DNA of 64,000 bases from Eledone cirrhosa (taxonomy: Eukaryota), in assembly GCA_964016885.1 (NCBI GenBank), contig OZ024740.1, forward strand, positions 276,458,001 through 276,522,000. Reading direction: 5' to 3'. Numbering within the stretch: the first letter of the stretch is position 1; every line of letters starts with the position of its first letter. This document shows positions 1 to 11,739 of this stretch, piece after piece. The notes beneath the pieces are model-generated. The model ran no database searches and was not told where the DNA came from. It was given only the letters and a program-made list of their open reading frames with translations. A program made the translations under genes and the position numbers.

Positions 1-35
1 AAACCCATGCAAGCGTGGAACACGGACGCTAAACC

Positions 36-65
<30 letters not shown>
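1..65 (+). mobile_element. 3' terminus of an RTE LINE with (TGA)n tail
   Basis: Identical to 7301-7357 (AAACCCATGCAAGCGTGGAACACGGACGCTAAACC followed by (TGA)n). Confidence 0.9.
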
Positions 66-67
<2 letters not shown>

Positions 68-68
68 G

Positions 69-273
69 CTCTATATTTACTATTGCATTTTCATGGTAAA
101 CACTTTATTTCCTTTACTTATCTCACATAATATCAAATCTACGAGATTTTGATATTATTTATTTTGGAATAATATCTTAGCATAAGTATGAGCAGCCAGT
201 TATGGCCAGTTTGAACAGAAAGAGGTGAGAGAATTCTGGCTGGATACGGCCGGTTTAAATGCTAAAGGGTTAA
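69..273. mobile_element. piggyBac-type MITE, left end lost
   Basis: Ends in TAAATGCTAAAGGGTTAA; the body is homologous to 41988-42213. Confidence 0.8.
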
Positions 274-703
274 AAGGGACAACAAATATTTCAGCCCCCA
301 AACATGTGCTAACTTATTACAAACCCTAAACAAATAGATTCACTTTAGAACACTACTCCTACAAATGTTACTTCCACCTGTGAATATCATACACAAGTTT
401 CCTAGTCTACATAAAATAAAGCCATCCAGAAGATTGCTTATGTATCCTCTAACAATGTTCTACTCACCATCATATTCTGAACTCAAGGGCACAGTTAATA
501 TTGTAAAGAGATATTGTTGCTATCATGATAAAATACACCCAGTAAATACAGTACAATGGTTAGATTAGGATTAGGAAGGACATCCAGCCACAGAAACCAT
601 CACATAATGGTAACACCGATTCATATCTATTTATATTTCAGCTTTATTTTCACCCCATTTTTTTATCCTCATATATTATTCACTCATCTTATGATTCCTA
701 CAT

Positions 704-1153
704 TATTTCTTCTTCTTCTTTTTCTTCTTCTTCTTCTTCTTCTTCGTCGCCGTCTTCTTCTTCGTTGCTGTCTTCTTCTTCTTCTTCTTCTTCTTCTTCT
801 TCTTCTTCGATTTCTTCGTCTTCTTCTTCGTCGTCTTCATCTTCTTCTTCTTCTTCTTCTTCTTCTTCTTTTGCTTCTTCTTCTTCTTCTTCTTTTGCTT
901 CTTCTTCTTCTTCTTCTTTTGCTTCTGCTTCGTCATCGTCTTCTTCTTCTTCTTCGTCTTCGTCTTCGTCTTCGTCTTCGTCTTCGTCTTCGTCTTCTTC
1001 TTCTTCGTCTTCTTCTTCTTCTTTTTGTTTCTTCTTCTTTTGCTTCTTCTTCGTCTTCTTCTTCGTCTTCTTCTTCTTCTTCTTCTTCTTCTTCTGCTTC
1101 TTCTTCTTCTTCTTCTTCTTCTTCTGCTTCTTCTTCTTCTTCTTCTTCTTCTT
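704..1153. repeat. (CTT)n trinucleotide microsatellite
   Basis: Seen directly, with CGT and TTTTG interruptions. Confidence 0.97.
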
Positions 1154-1334
1154 GTGACTAATCTGGTCTTATATGGAAATGTTTAACATAGTTACCAATC
1201 AAAGCAAATTAGTACCATATTTAATTTAATGCCTCCATCTCAGTGTCTATATCTATATATATACATATGTGTATCTGTATTTCTATGTATGAATTTATAT
1301 ATGTTTATGTACATAAACACACACACACACATAA

Positions 1335-1367
<33 letters not shown>

Positions 1368-1638
1368 GTTAGATTTATAGATAAATACAGTATACATGTA
1401 AATATATATATATATACATAATTTATATATGTGAGTATGTGTTAATGCAATGCCTATATACAGACACCTATTGTGTACTATGATTTTTCCCTAGTGAGGC
1501 ATCACAACACAAGGTCCCCATTATCACCAAAGTCCTTAGTTACTGAACACTAAGCTGCTAGAGAAATCTACCAAGACATTTATTTATGTTAGCCACATTT
1601 ATCATAATTATCTCACTATGTTGTCTACATAGCTTGTC

Positions 1639-1691
<53 letters not shown>

Positions 1692-2189
1692 AGATTCTTT
1701 ATGTGTGTGTTTATCATCATTGTCACCATCATCATGTAATGTTCATTTTCCACGCTTGCATGGGTTAGACAGTTTGTCACGTTATGAGACAAGTCACGTT
1801 TGGAGATGACATCATGCTCATACGGATCTGTATTTTGGCTTGGTTTCTTCAACTGGATACCCTTCCTAATGCCACCCGTGCTACAGTGTTAGATAGCTTG
1901 TCACATTATGAGACAAGTCAGGTCTAAAGACCACACCATGCTCATACAGATTTTGGCTTGGTTTCTACAACTGGATACCCTTCCTGACACCAACCACGTT
2001 ACAGTGTTTATATATGTTTTTAATGAATGCATGCATGGCTAAATGGTTATACAATTCCCTTCAACCACATGGTCTTTTGTTCAATCTTTGGCAAGTATCT
2101 TCTACTCAAGCCTCAGTCTGATTAATTCTGTTTGTTTATGTCCCGTAATGTAACGTTTTAACAAGTAGAGATGAACAAAATAACAGACA

Positions 2190-2418
2190 TTAACCCTTTG
2201 GCATTTAAACCGGCTGTTTCCAGCCGGAATTCTCTCACCTCTTTCTGTTCAAACCAGCTGTAACTGGCTGCTCATACTTATGTTAAGGTATTGTTCTCAA
2301 AATAAATAATATCAGAATCCTGTAGATCCAATATTATGTGAGATAATTATGTAAGATAAAGCCTTTACTGTGAAAATACAATAGTAAATATAGAGTAATG
2401 TAAATGCTAAAGGGTTAA
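2190..2418. mobile_element. piggyBac-type MITE (~225 bp)
   Basis: TTAA-CCCTTTGGCATTTA ... TAAATGCTAAAGGG-TTAA: terminal inverted repeats with a TTAA target duplication. Confidence 0.85.
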
Positions 2419-2955
2419 AAGTTACTGGGATTGATCTCAGTGACTAAATCTCTTCGAAGTGGTGCCCCAATCCAGCCTAGCCTCAATCCAATTATTAAAC
2501 CAGTAATCAGTTTGACAAACACAAGTATGACCAAATGTTTAAGAGGTTTACTCTCCAATCAAGAGTTCCCAAGTTCTATCCTCATTATATATTGGTATCT
2601 TAAGCAAGTATCTTTTATCACAGACTTGAGTTAAGATAACATTTTTTAGTGTAATTAGAAGTAAACTGTGTGGAAACCTGAGTATTAGACAGATTGTACC
2701 TGTAATTCAATGATTGACCCCCCCCCCCCCCCCCCTGCACCCCAACATAGAGATTGATATTTATTTAATTATGTAATTAATTCTCCCCATCTGTCATTGT
2801 TTCTAATTCTATTTGCCTATTTATTTCTCCTCTTTCTTGTCTCCTTACCCATTTCTCTGTGCATATGTATCTCTCTCTCTGTTATATATATATATACACA
2901 AACACTTATATATATATACATATATATTTATACACATTCACACACACACACACAT

Positions 2956-2987
<32 letters not shown>

Positions 2988-3236
2988 GCATATCAGTTGT
3001 GTCAAAAATATGAAGAATTCTCTCGTGTTGGGGCCATGATAAAATGCTCTCAGTAAAATGAGGGACCACATGTAAGCAAGATGCAGGACCCTGGCCTGTT
3101 TGGGAAGTCAGTAACCCCACTTCAGTACTGATTTGCTAACAGGGAAAGTGTATGTTAAATGATGATGATATATGTATACATAACACACAAATGCACACTC
3201 ACCCACATACATATATATAAAGATACATGCATACAC

Positions 3237-3288
<52 letters not shown>

Positions 3289-3574
3289 ATATGAATATGT
3301 ATGTGTGGATATGTTTGTGTATGTCTGTGGCTTACCCACTCTTATACTTAGTCTTGACTTATATTTCCATTTTTAAACAACTACTGCTACTATTCTGACC
3401 ATTTCTACATACCAAGGAATAGTGAATGCAGTACTAGACTTCAGTACTATTATTATTATCACCAATCCAACATCATAACGATTACTACTTTGCAGGCTTA
3501 AAAATGATTAGTAAACTACTTCTGTATATACACACACACATGTTTATCTGTATACATATTATTTATGTATGAGT

Positions 3575-3830
3575 ATGAACCTCAAAGTGTCTATTATTAA
3601 AGCACTGGAGGTCTTCGAACCCGAGGCTATTGCAACATCTGGTCCTTACTTGAGATGTGAAGGATGGAACTTTTGGTACTACAAAGTGGCATCCTGTTTG
3701 AGGGTTGGTCCAGCCCTCAAAGGCAAAGTTTGGTGCTAATCTTTCCAGGATCTTCCATATGTGTATCATAGCATAGCTCTCCCGGCTACGTTCCAGAGAG
3801 TAGAACATTCATTCTTTCAACCTCTCCCAG
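3575..3830 (-). mobile_element. CR1-like LINE ORF2 C-terminal fragment (degenerate)
   Basis: Translates WERLKE*MFYSLERSRESYAMIHIWKILERLAPNF, matching the CR1-group C-terminal motif Y.ERL..L.LYSLERRR.R...I..WKIL. Confidence 0.7.
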
Positions 3831-3848
3831 GATATACATATGTATATA

Positions 3849-3881
<33 letters not shown>

Positions 3882-3883
<2 letters not shown>

Positions 3884-4204
3884 TTTCTCTTTCTCTTAAT
3901 TTCGAGTATATTTTTTTGACCGGCCACCTTCCTGGTGGCAAGGTTGGAAAAGAAAAGAAATTGTCATCCCTTGAATCGCAAGAATGTTTTGCAAATTTTG
4001 AAGGTGCCAGCTATCGCAGCCATTTGTAGACTATGAATTAGGGAGCTGCGCTTTTTGTCCACAAATCCAAGTTCAGTCATACTCTGGTCCAAGCGGGTTG
4101 GTATATAACCCGTAGCACCAATAATGATGGGTATGAAGCTAAAGGTGTATCTTGGATACTGGATTTGTAAACTCCTCATCAATGGTCCGTAGATGTCTTC
4201 CTTC
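3882..4204 (-). mobile_element. 3' fragment of an R4/Dong-like RLE retrotransposon
   Basis: Near-identical to 35045-35365 (…IPIIIGATGY…KTFLRFKG plus 3' UTR) and flanked by (TATG)n on both sides. Confidence 0.88.
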
Positions 4205-4550
4205 TATGTATGTATGTATGTATGTATGTATGTATGTATGTATGTATGTATGTATGTGTACATATATGTGTATGTGTGTATATATTATATGTATGTATAT
4301 GTCTGCATGTGTGAACATATATATACATATATATACATAAATATAAGTATGTATACGTACATACATATATGTATACAGACGTACAGTAGTATATATATAC
4401 ATACATACATGCATACATATATATATGTACGTATGGGTTTACCGAACATTTATTATAATGCTCGGTTTATTTGTAAACAAACAGCCCAAATCTTTAGCCG
4501 TACAGTGTTTGGCAACCATCGTTGCTCTTTTGTTCAACACTGATAAAGGA

Positions 4551-4593
4551 ACAATGAACTAGTTTCTAGCTTATTAGCTGTCATCAGCACTGT
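4551..4593 (-). ncRNA. Minimal type I hammerhead ribozyme motif within a ~340 bp island (4435-4772)
   Basis: The minus strand reads ACAGTG-CTGATGA-C-AGCT-AATA-AGCT-A-GAAAC-TA-GTT-CATTGT: intact core, 6-bp stem I, stem II and palindromic stem III. Confidence 0.8.
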
Positions 4594-5192
4594 ATACCTT
4601 CCTGTCAGTCGATTGAACGTTTGAAAGTATATACTTTATATACTTTCCTTATGCATATTAACGACTGAGCAGCCTAATTTGCATATCGAGTGAGTTAGTC
4701 GGCCGGGCGTACCGAAAACGATAAATGGAAAAAATGAAATTTCATTTCTCACTCTTACTACGGCTGATACTTAAATATAAGTATGTATACATACATATAT
4801 GTATACAGACGTACATACACATATATATATAATGGAAAGAGAAGAGAGATGTGCTTAGTGAAAAGACCACACCTCTATCCACCCTACCCCTCACATTAGA
4901 TCCAGCATTTGGAAATTGTTATTTCAACCAGAGAAGACTAAATTCCCTCTCCACTCCGCATGGCTCCCCCACTCTTGCTCTCACTCTCTCTATCTCCCCC
5001 CCCTCTCTCCACTGGACTTCACTCTGCCTCTAGTTACTTGGGTTGTTGTTACTCTTTTTTTTCTTATTTCCCCCCCTTTTTAGTTGTTTTTGTCTCTTTT
5101 TTTCTTTCTTGTGTTTTTGTTTTTACTCAGTTTTTGCTTTTACTATAGTGATTCCAGTGTCGAATTTCCTTGTTGCTCTTTTCCTTTTTATT

Positions 5193-6851
5193 ACTACTGA
5201 AGGTAGTATAATAAGTAAGGCAATCAAAGATATGAAGACGGGTAAGGCGGCTGGGCCTTCGGAAATAGTTGCTGAGATGCTGAAGGCATCTGGTTCGGTG
5301 GGACACACCATGGTCACCCGGATAGTTAACCAAGTCGTACAGAATGGGGTTGTTCCGAAGGAATGGCGTAGCAGCATCATCGTTAACTGCTATAAGGGAA
5401 AAGGAGATGCCCTAGATAGGAGTAACTATAGAGGCATTAAATTAATCGACCAGGTCATGAAGGTCACGGAAAAAGTAATAGCGCAACTAATCAGAGAGAG
5501 AATTGATCTAGATGAAATGCAGTTCGGGTTTGTGTCAGGCAAAAGTACCACAGACGCTCTTTTCATTGTACGACAACTACAGGAGAAGTACCTAGCTAAA
5601 AGTAAACCCCTATACTTAGCTTTCGTCGACTTGGAGAAAGCCTTCGACAGAGTCCCCCGTTCCATTATCTGGTGGTCTCTTAGAAAACTAGGTGTTGACG
5701 AATGGCTTGTGAGAGCTATACAAGCCATGTATAAAGAAACAGTCAGTAAGGTTAGAATTAACAACGAATATAGTGAAGAGTTTAGCGTAAAAGTTGGTGT
5801 CCATCAGGGCTCTGTTCTTAGCCCCCTACTATTTATTATTGCCCTTCAGGCTATAACAGAGGAGTTCAAGACCGGCTGCCCATGGGAACTCCTATACGCA
5901 GATGATCTAACGCTCATAGCTGAATCAATGACCGAACTAGAGAAGAAATTCCAAACGTGGAAGCACGGCCTAGAATCAAAAGGCCTTAAAATTAACCTGG
6001 CTAAGACTAAAGTTCTAGTTTGTAGGAAAGAAAATAAGGCGGCGGTCCCATCGGGGAAATGGCCATGCTCAGTGTGTAGGAAAGGCGTAGGTAGAAACTC
6101 CATTTTATGTCCCAAATGCAAAGTATGGGTGCATAAAAGATGTAGTGGGATCACAGGTAAGCTAACTAAGAACATAGATTTTACATGTGGCCGGTGCTCT
6201 GGTGCAATAAGTAGCAGCAAGTGCCCACAAAATACTAGCTCCTTCAACTGCGCAGAGGGTTCTATAGAAATAGTGGACAGCTTCCGTTATCTGGGTGACA
6301 AAATCAGCAGTGGGGGAGGGTGCTCTGAAAGTACAGTAGCTAGAGTCAGAACTGGATGGAAAAAGTTCAGAGAGCTTATACCACTATTAGCCGCTAGAGG
6401 GTTCTCCCTAAAAATGAAAGGCAGGTTATACGATGCCTGCATACGAACAGCAATGCTGCATGGCAGTGAGACCTGGGCATTGTGTGCAGAGGATATACGC
6501 AGACTAGAGAGGAACGAAGCTTGCATGCTCCGCTGGATGTGCAATAGTAATATACGTGAACGGCAAAGCATAAACGAACTAAGGAAAAAATTAGAAATAA
6601 GAGGGATCAGATGTTGTTTACTGGAGAGAAGGCTACGTTGGTACGGTCACGTGATGCGCATGAAAGACGACAGCTGTATAACAAAGTGCAGGGCAATAAA
6701 GATAGACGGTAGCCACGGAGTAGGCAGACCCAGAAAAACATGGGACGAGCTGATAAATTCCGACCTCACACGCTTACACCTCTCCAAGACAATGTCACTG
6801 GACCGAGACCTTTGGCGGTACTCAGTAATAGAGAAGACCCGCCTTACCTAA
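5193..6851 (+). CDS. RTE reverse transcriptase (truncated ORF) with PHD-type zinc finger
   Basis: Motifs GKAAGPSEI, NYRGIKL, FVDLEKAFDRV, GVHQGSVLSPLLF, LLYADD, FRYLG, LHGSETW, RLRWYGHV and GRPRKTW, with no internal stops. The called ORF N-terminus (5043-5192) is flanking sequence. Confidence 0.92.
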   Translation, partial: TTEGSIISKAIKDMKTGKAAGPSEIVAEMLKASGSVGHTMVTRIVNQVVQNGVVPKEWRSSIIVNCYKGKGDALDRSNYRGIKLIDQVMKVTEKVIAQLIRERIDLDEMQFGFVSGKSTTDALFIVRQLQEKYLAKSKPLYLAFVDLEKAFDRVPRSIIWWSLRKLGVDEWLVRAIQAMYKETVSKVRINNEYSEEFSVKVGVHQGSVLSPLLFIIALQAITEEFKTGCPWELLYADDLTLIAESMTELEKKFQTWKHGLESKGLKINLAKTKVLVCRKENKAAVPSGKWPCSVCRKGVGRNSILCPKCKVWVHKRCSGITGKLTKNIDFTCGRCSGAISSSKCPQNTSSFNCAEGSIEIVDSFRYLGDKISSGGGCSESTVARVRTGWKKFRELIPLLAARGFSLKMKGRLYDACIRTAMLHGSETWALCAEDIRRLERNEACMLRWMCNSNIRERQSINELRKKLEIRGIRCCLLERRLRWYGHVMRMKDDSCITKCRAIKIDGSHGVGRPRKTWDELINSDLTRLHLSKTMSLDRDLWRYSVIEKTRLT

Positions 6852-7357
6852 ATACAAAGTAAAAACCTACTACAGTCAGTAGGCATCTCTATCAAAACAC
6901 ACCCCCGTCCCACCACCCTCCACCCACCCACACCGCCCCTTTCAATGTAAAGTTATGTTGGTCCCACAACATCCAGGCCGAAACAAATGAGATCGTGTAG
7001 GTGTCACGACAAAAAACACACAGTCCACGCTGTAAATGTGGCCGTGTAGGCAACACGGTAAAAACCTCCCAGCCCCACACTGTAAATGTGGTTGGTGTTA
7101 GGAAGGGCATCCAACTGTAGAAAACCCGCCAGACAGTCCACGCTGTAATGTGGCCGTGTAGGCAACACGGTAAAAACCTCCCAGCCCCACACTGTAAATG
7201 TGGTTGGTGTTAGGAAGGGCATCCAACTGTAGAAAACCCGCCAGACAGTCCTATGCGAGCAAGACAGCCACTCTTGCCTCAAGTGGGAAAACCCCCGTCC
7301 AAACCCATGCAAGCGTGGAACACGGACGCTAAACCTGATGATGATGATGATGATGAT
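5193..7357 (+). mobile_element. 5'-truncated RTE-clade LINE
   Basis: RT ORF runs to 6851, followed by a 3' UTR with a ~112 bp internal tandem duplication and a (TGA)n tail. No endonuclease domain is present. Confidence 0.92.
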
Positions 7358-7498
7358 GACTACTGGTGATGATGATGACAATGTTGGTGGTTGTGGTGGT
7401 GCTGCTGCTGACAATGATAGTGATGATGGTGATGATGAAAGTGTTGATGATGATGATGATGATGATGATGGTTGTGGTGGTGGGGCCGATGATGATAG

Positions 7499-7529
<31 letters not shown>

Positions 7530-7710
7530 AAGGATTTTAATGATGATGGTGATGATGATAATGATTTTAATGATGACGATAGTGATGATAATGATTTTAA
7601 TGATGATGGTGATGATGATGATTTTAATGATGACAATAGTGATGATAATGATTTTAATGATGATGATGGTGATGATGATGATTTTAACGATGACAATAGT
7701 GATGATAGTG
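7338..7710. repeat. (GAT)n-based degenerate minisatellite continuing the LINE tail
   Basis: Repeated ~27-33 bp GATTTTAATGATGA.. units. Confidence 0.9.
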
Positions 7711-7929
7711 TTTGCTTTTAGTCCCGTGTGTAGAGTTTTTGCTTGATATATTATTTTTATTTTTTTTACGAGGTGTTTTTTTGGTTTGGTTATCATTGCT
7801 GTTGTTGCTAATAGTTTTGTTAGTTGCTAATACTGTTATCATGGTTGTTGTTGTTGTTGTTGCTAATAGTTTTTGTTATAGTTGGAATTGGTTGCTTTGT
7901 TATGTTTAATGGACCTCAGTGTGTGTATA

Positions 7930-9300
7930 TGGTGGTGGTGGTGTTGGTGTTGGTGTGGTGGTGTTGGTGTGGTGATGGTGGTAGTGGTTGTGGTGTTAGT
8001 GTGGTGGTGATGGTGGTGGTGGTAATTTTGGTGTGGTGGTGGTGGTGGTGGTGGTGTTGGTGTGGTGGTGTTGGTGTGGTGGTGGTTGTGGTGTTGGTGT
8101 GGTGGTGGTGATGGTGGTGGTGGTACTTTTGGTGTGGTGGTGGTGTTGGTGTGGTGGTGATGGTGATGGTGGTGGTGGTTGTGGTGTTAGTGTGGTGGTG
8201 ATGGTGGTGGTGGTACTTTTGGTGTGGTGATGGTGGTGGTGTTGGTGTGGTGGTGATGGTGATGGTGGTGGTGGTGATGGTGGTGGTGGTACTTTTGGTG
8301 TGGTGGTGTTGGTGTGGTGATGGTGATGATGGTGGTGGTTGTGGTGTTAGTGTGGTGGTGATGGTGGTGGTGGTACTTTTGGTGTGGTGGTGATGGTGGT
8401 GGTGTTGGTGTGGTGATGGTGGTGGTGGTAGTTTTGGTGTGGTGGTGGTGGTGGTGGTTGTGGTGTTGGTGTGGTGATGGTGGTGGTGGTAGTTTTGGTG
8501 TGGTGTTGGTGGTGGTGGTAGTTTTGGTGTGGTGGTGGTGGTTTTGTGATGGTGGTGGTGATGGTTGTGGTGTTGTTATTGGTGGTGGTATGGTGGTGGT
8601 GGTGTTGGTGTGGTGATGGTGGTGGTGGTAGTTTTGGTGTGGTGTTGGTGTGGTGATGGTGGTGGTGTTGTTATTGGTGGTGGTGGTTGTGGTGTTGTTA
8701 TTGGTGGTGGTGGTAGTGGTGGTGGTGGTGGTGGTAGTTTTGGTGGTGGTGGTTGTGGTGTTGTTATTGGTGGTGGTGGTGGTGGTGTGGTGATGGTGGT
8801 GGTGGTAGTTTTCATGTGGTGGCAGTGGTGTTGGTGTGGGGGTGGCTATGGTGGTGGTGGCAGTTGTGGTGTGGGGGAAGGGTGTTTGTGGTGTTGGTGT
8901 GGTTGTGGTGGGGGCAGGGGTGGTTGTGGTGATGGTAGTGGTATTGGCTCAGTGGCGGTTGTGGTGTGGGGGTGGTTGTTGGGGTGGTGACTGTGGTAGT
9001 GGTTGTGTTGGTGTGGTGGTGGTGGTGGTGTTGTTTGTGATGTTGGTGTGGCTGTGGTTGTGGTGGTGTTAGTGTTGTGGTGGTGTTGCTGTGGCTGCGG
9101 TGGCGGTTGTGATGTCGGTGGTATTTGTGGTGGTATTTGTGGTGGTGCTGGTGCTGGTGATGGTGTGGTGGTGGCTGTTGTGGCGATTGTAGTGGTGGTG
9201 GTGGCTGTGGTGGTTGTGTTTTTGTTCTTTTGTGGTGTTAGTGTTGTTGGCGATGGTGGTGGTGGTGGTGGTGGTGGTAGTGGTTGTAGCAGCAGCAGCA
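7930..9300. repeat. (GGT)n-rich degenerate tandem repeat
   Basis: Seen directly, with recurring GGTGGTACTTTTGGTGT units. Confidence 0.93.
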
Positions 9301-9852
9301 GTAGTGTGTGTTATTTTTGCTGGTGTTGTTGTTGACTAGTCTCTGTTAGTTTTGCTTCAAGTAGACCAAATGGCACAGCCGGACACTTTACAAAACTAAA
9401 GAAATCAAACAGTTTGTAACAACTCCAATGTCTAGCTCCACTGTGGATTATGCTAACATATAACTGATGCCATGTTGACTTTGCTTCATTCTAGTTGTGG
9501 GCCATTCCAGTTTTTTTTCTCTCAGAAGGCCTGTGCACTTAAAATTTACTACGTAATATAAACATGTGGTCAATATTAAGAGGTTAGTGGAATTGGTAGA
9601 GCTTCAGATTAAATGCCATTGAGTTATTTGTTCTAGCTCTTTTCATTCATCATCCTCAGTTCAAGTCCCTCCAAAGTTAACATTGCCTTTTATTCTTCTA
9701 TGGTTGATTAAATAAAGTACCAGTCAAGTACTGGGGTTGATTAAATCAACTTTGTCCATCAAGTTGACTGTACCTTTAATTCAAAGGGCTCAATTTCTCA
9801 CACTTGTATCACACTGAATCTGAATTGTGTTAAGGTACACATGTTTGTAAGT

Positions 9853-10135
9853 GGAGGCACGTAGCCTAGTGGTAAGGGTGTTGAACTTGTGATTATAATG
9901 TTGTAGGTTTGATTCCTTGACTGAATTGTGTGTTGTGTTCTAGAGCAAAACACTTAATTTCACATTGCTCCAGTATGTTCAGCTGGAAATGAGTACCAGC
10001 AATAGCTGGGGGTTTAACCCTGCATTGGACTGACATCCTGTCCAGGAGGGAGTTTTATATTCTCATTTGCTTCACGCCATGGCAACTAGGATAAACACCA
10101 GTCTGATAAGCCTCCGGGCCCGAGACAGGCTTTAG
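9853..10135 (+). mobile_element. tRNA-derived CORE-like SINE (older subfamily, also at 44234-44510)
   Basis: GGAGGCACGTAGCCTAGTGG A-box head, a B-box-like GGTTTGATTCC and a CORE-like GAGCAAAACACTT..CACATTGCTCCAGT..CAGCTG body. Confidence 0.7.
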
Positions 10136-10786
10136 ACACATGTTTGTGTGAAATACTCAACCTCAAACAAAGAGAACACTTATCGTCAGAATCTGGCTGA
10201 AATCTGTTATATATTATTATAGTAGTGATAGTAGTATCAGAAGTCATAGAATATTTATGATTAGCATCTTCTCTCTTGTGAGTTATATAGATATCCTAGT
10301 TTACTAGCACCACACTCTTTCCTGAAAAACCTTCCCAAAAACTCCAAAAGTAAAAAATAAGAAGGTGGCAAAGGAGGCTTACCAAAGAACAGACAGTTGA
10401 AATGATATATAGACAAACTGCGCGATTGTCTGAGACAATTGAGAAAGAGAGGTTGAAAAGTATAGGGAAACAGCGAGAAAGAAAGAGAGAGGTATTAAGA
10501 AACTATAATCCTAAGCAATAGTTTCAGTTAATGTAAGATCTTGTCTATTTAACCCTTTCCTTACATATTTCTAACACTGACCATGATTCATCTAATTTTG
10601 AAAGCAGTCAAACATTTGGAGGGATTTAGTGTAAAAGCTATCTTTTCTATTATGAAGCTGCTCTTTGAAATATAACTTAATAGAAGGTTTTTACATAACA
10701 TTTTGAGATTAGGGTTAAATTGAAATAAAATGATTTCAAATATATGACAAACAGTTTCAATGGTCGTACATAGACTATATATATAT

Positions 10787-11130
10787 GGAGGCACATGGCT
10801 TAGTGGTTAGAGCATTGGCCTTGCAATCGAAAGGTTGTGAGTTCAATTCTCAGACCGGGTGATGTGTTGTTTCCTTGAGCAAGACACTTTATTTCACATT
10901 GCTCCAGTTTACTCAGCTGTAGAAATGAGATGATAGGGACTGGGGTCCCTATCATTCCACTGCAAAGTGGTCGTTGAGGTGCCACGGCAAAAAAACACCC
11001 AGCACTCACTGTAAATGAGGTTGGCGTTAGGAAGGGCATCCAGCTGTAGAAATCGAGCCAGAATCAGTTCCCGTCCCACCCTTGCAAGCAGGGAAAAGCG
11101 GACGTAAAATGAAATGATGATGAAATGATG
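10787..11130 (+). mobile_element. Full-length tRNA-derived CORE-like SINE with RTE-type tail
   Basis: A box TGGCTTAGTGG, B box GAGTTCAATTC, CORE-like CCTTGAGCAAGACACTT...CTCAGCTGTAGAAATG and tail CCCTTGCAAGCAGGGAAAAGCGGACGTAAAA(TGA)n. Confidence 0.85.
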
Positions 11131-11134
11131 ACAT

Positions 11135-11199
<65 letters not shown>

Positions 11200-11271
11200 T
11201 ATATGACAAGCTGTATCAATGGAAATACTGACATGGTCATACATACACAAACTTATATGCATACATATATA

Positions 11272-11663
11272 GGAGGGTAATCCCCAAAGTAAGGTCTCCA
11301 AAGTGATGGGAACGCAGAGAAACTGTTCGTACGGCTGTTGGCAACACTGTTGTGATTGGTGCTTCCTTCACTCCCAAACAAGCATGCGCGCGCTTCCCTA
11401 GGATGCTCAATCTTGGCTTGGAAGCCATTGAGAATGGAGCTCCCGTTGAACGCTACCGCCAAGTGCGAATTTCGCGCTGTTATTATATAGAGGGCAATCC
11501 CAAAAGTAAGGTCTCCTTCCGAGGAAGACATGCGTAAAGATCAGTGGATCACTCTGGATGCTCTCTCTATTTTTGTTCCTGAGGTTTCCTGAAGCACCAT
11601 CCACAGGATTTTAATGGAAAAGTTGCAATATCGGAAGGAGACCTTACTTTTGGGATTGCCCTT
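11272..11663 (+). mobile_element. Internally deleted and rearranged mariner-family transposon
   Basis: TA-flanked TIRs GAGGGYAATCCCMAAAGTAAGGTCTCC at 11273, 11490 and inverted at 11637-11662. Transposase remnants MELPLNATAKCEFRAVI (from 11434) and EEDMRKDQWITLDAL…STIHRILMEKLQYRK. Confidence 0.8.
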
Positions 11664-11739
11664 ATACATATATAACAATCTTGTATACAGTTCCTTTCTA
11701 TGAAATTTTACACACAGGGCACTGGTCAGCCTGAAACAT

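Noticed and set aside
556-1161. Poly-Leu/Ser/Lys ORFs (also 19252-20123)
   Set aside because: Translations of (CTT)n tracts.
5043-5192. Hydrophobic N-terminus or signal peptide on the RT ORF
   Set aside because: T-rich flanking sequence that happens to be in frame with a 5'-truncated LINE; the start codon is non-ATG.
7930-9300. Telomeric repeat or glycine-rich gene
   Set aside because: Degenerate (GGT)n without TTAGGG units; the reading frames are fragmented.
10787-10860. tRNA gene
   Set aside because: The A and B boxes belong to a multi-copy SINE head that runs into a CORE-like body.
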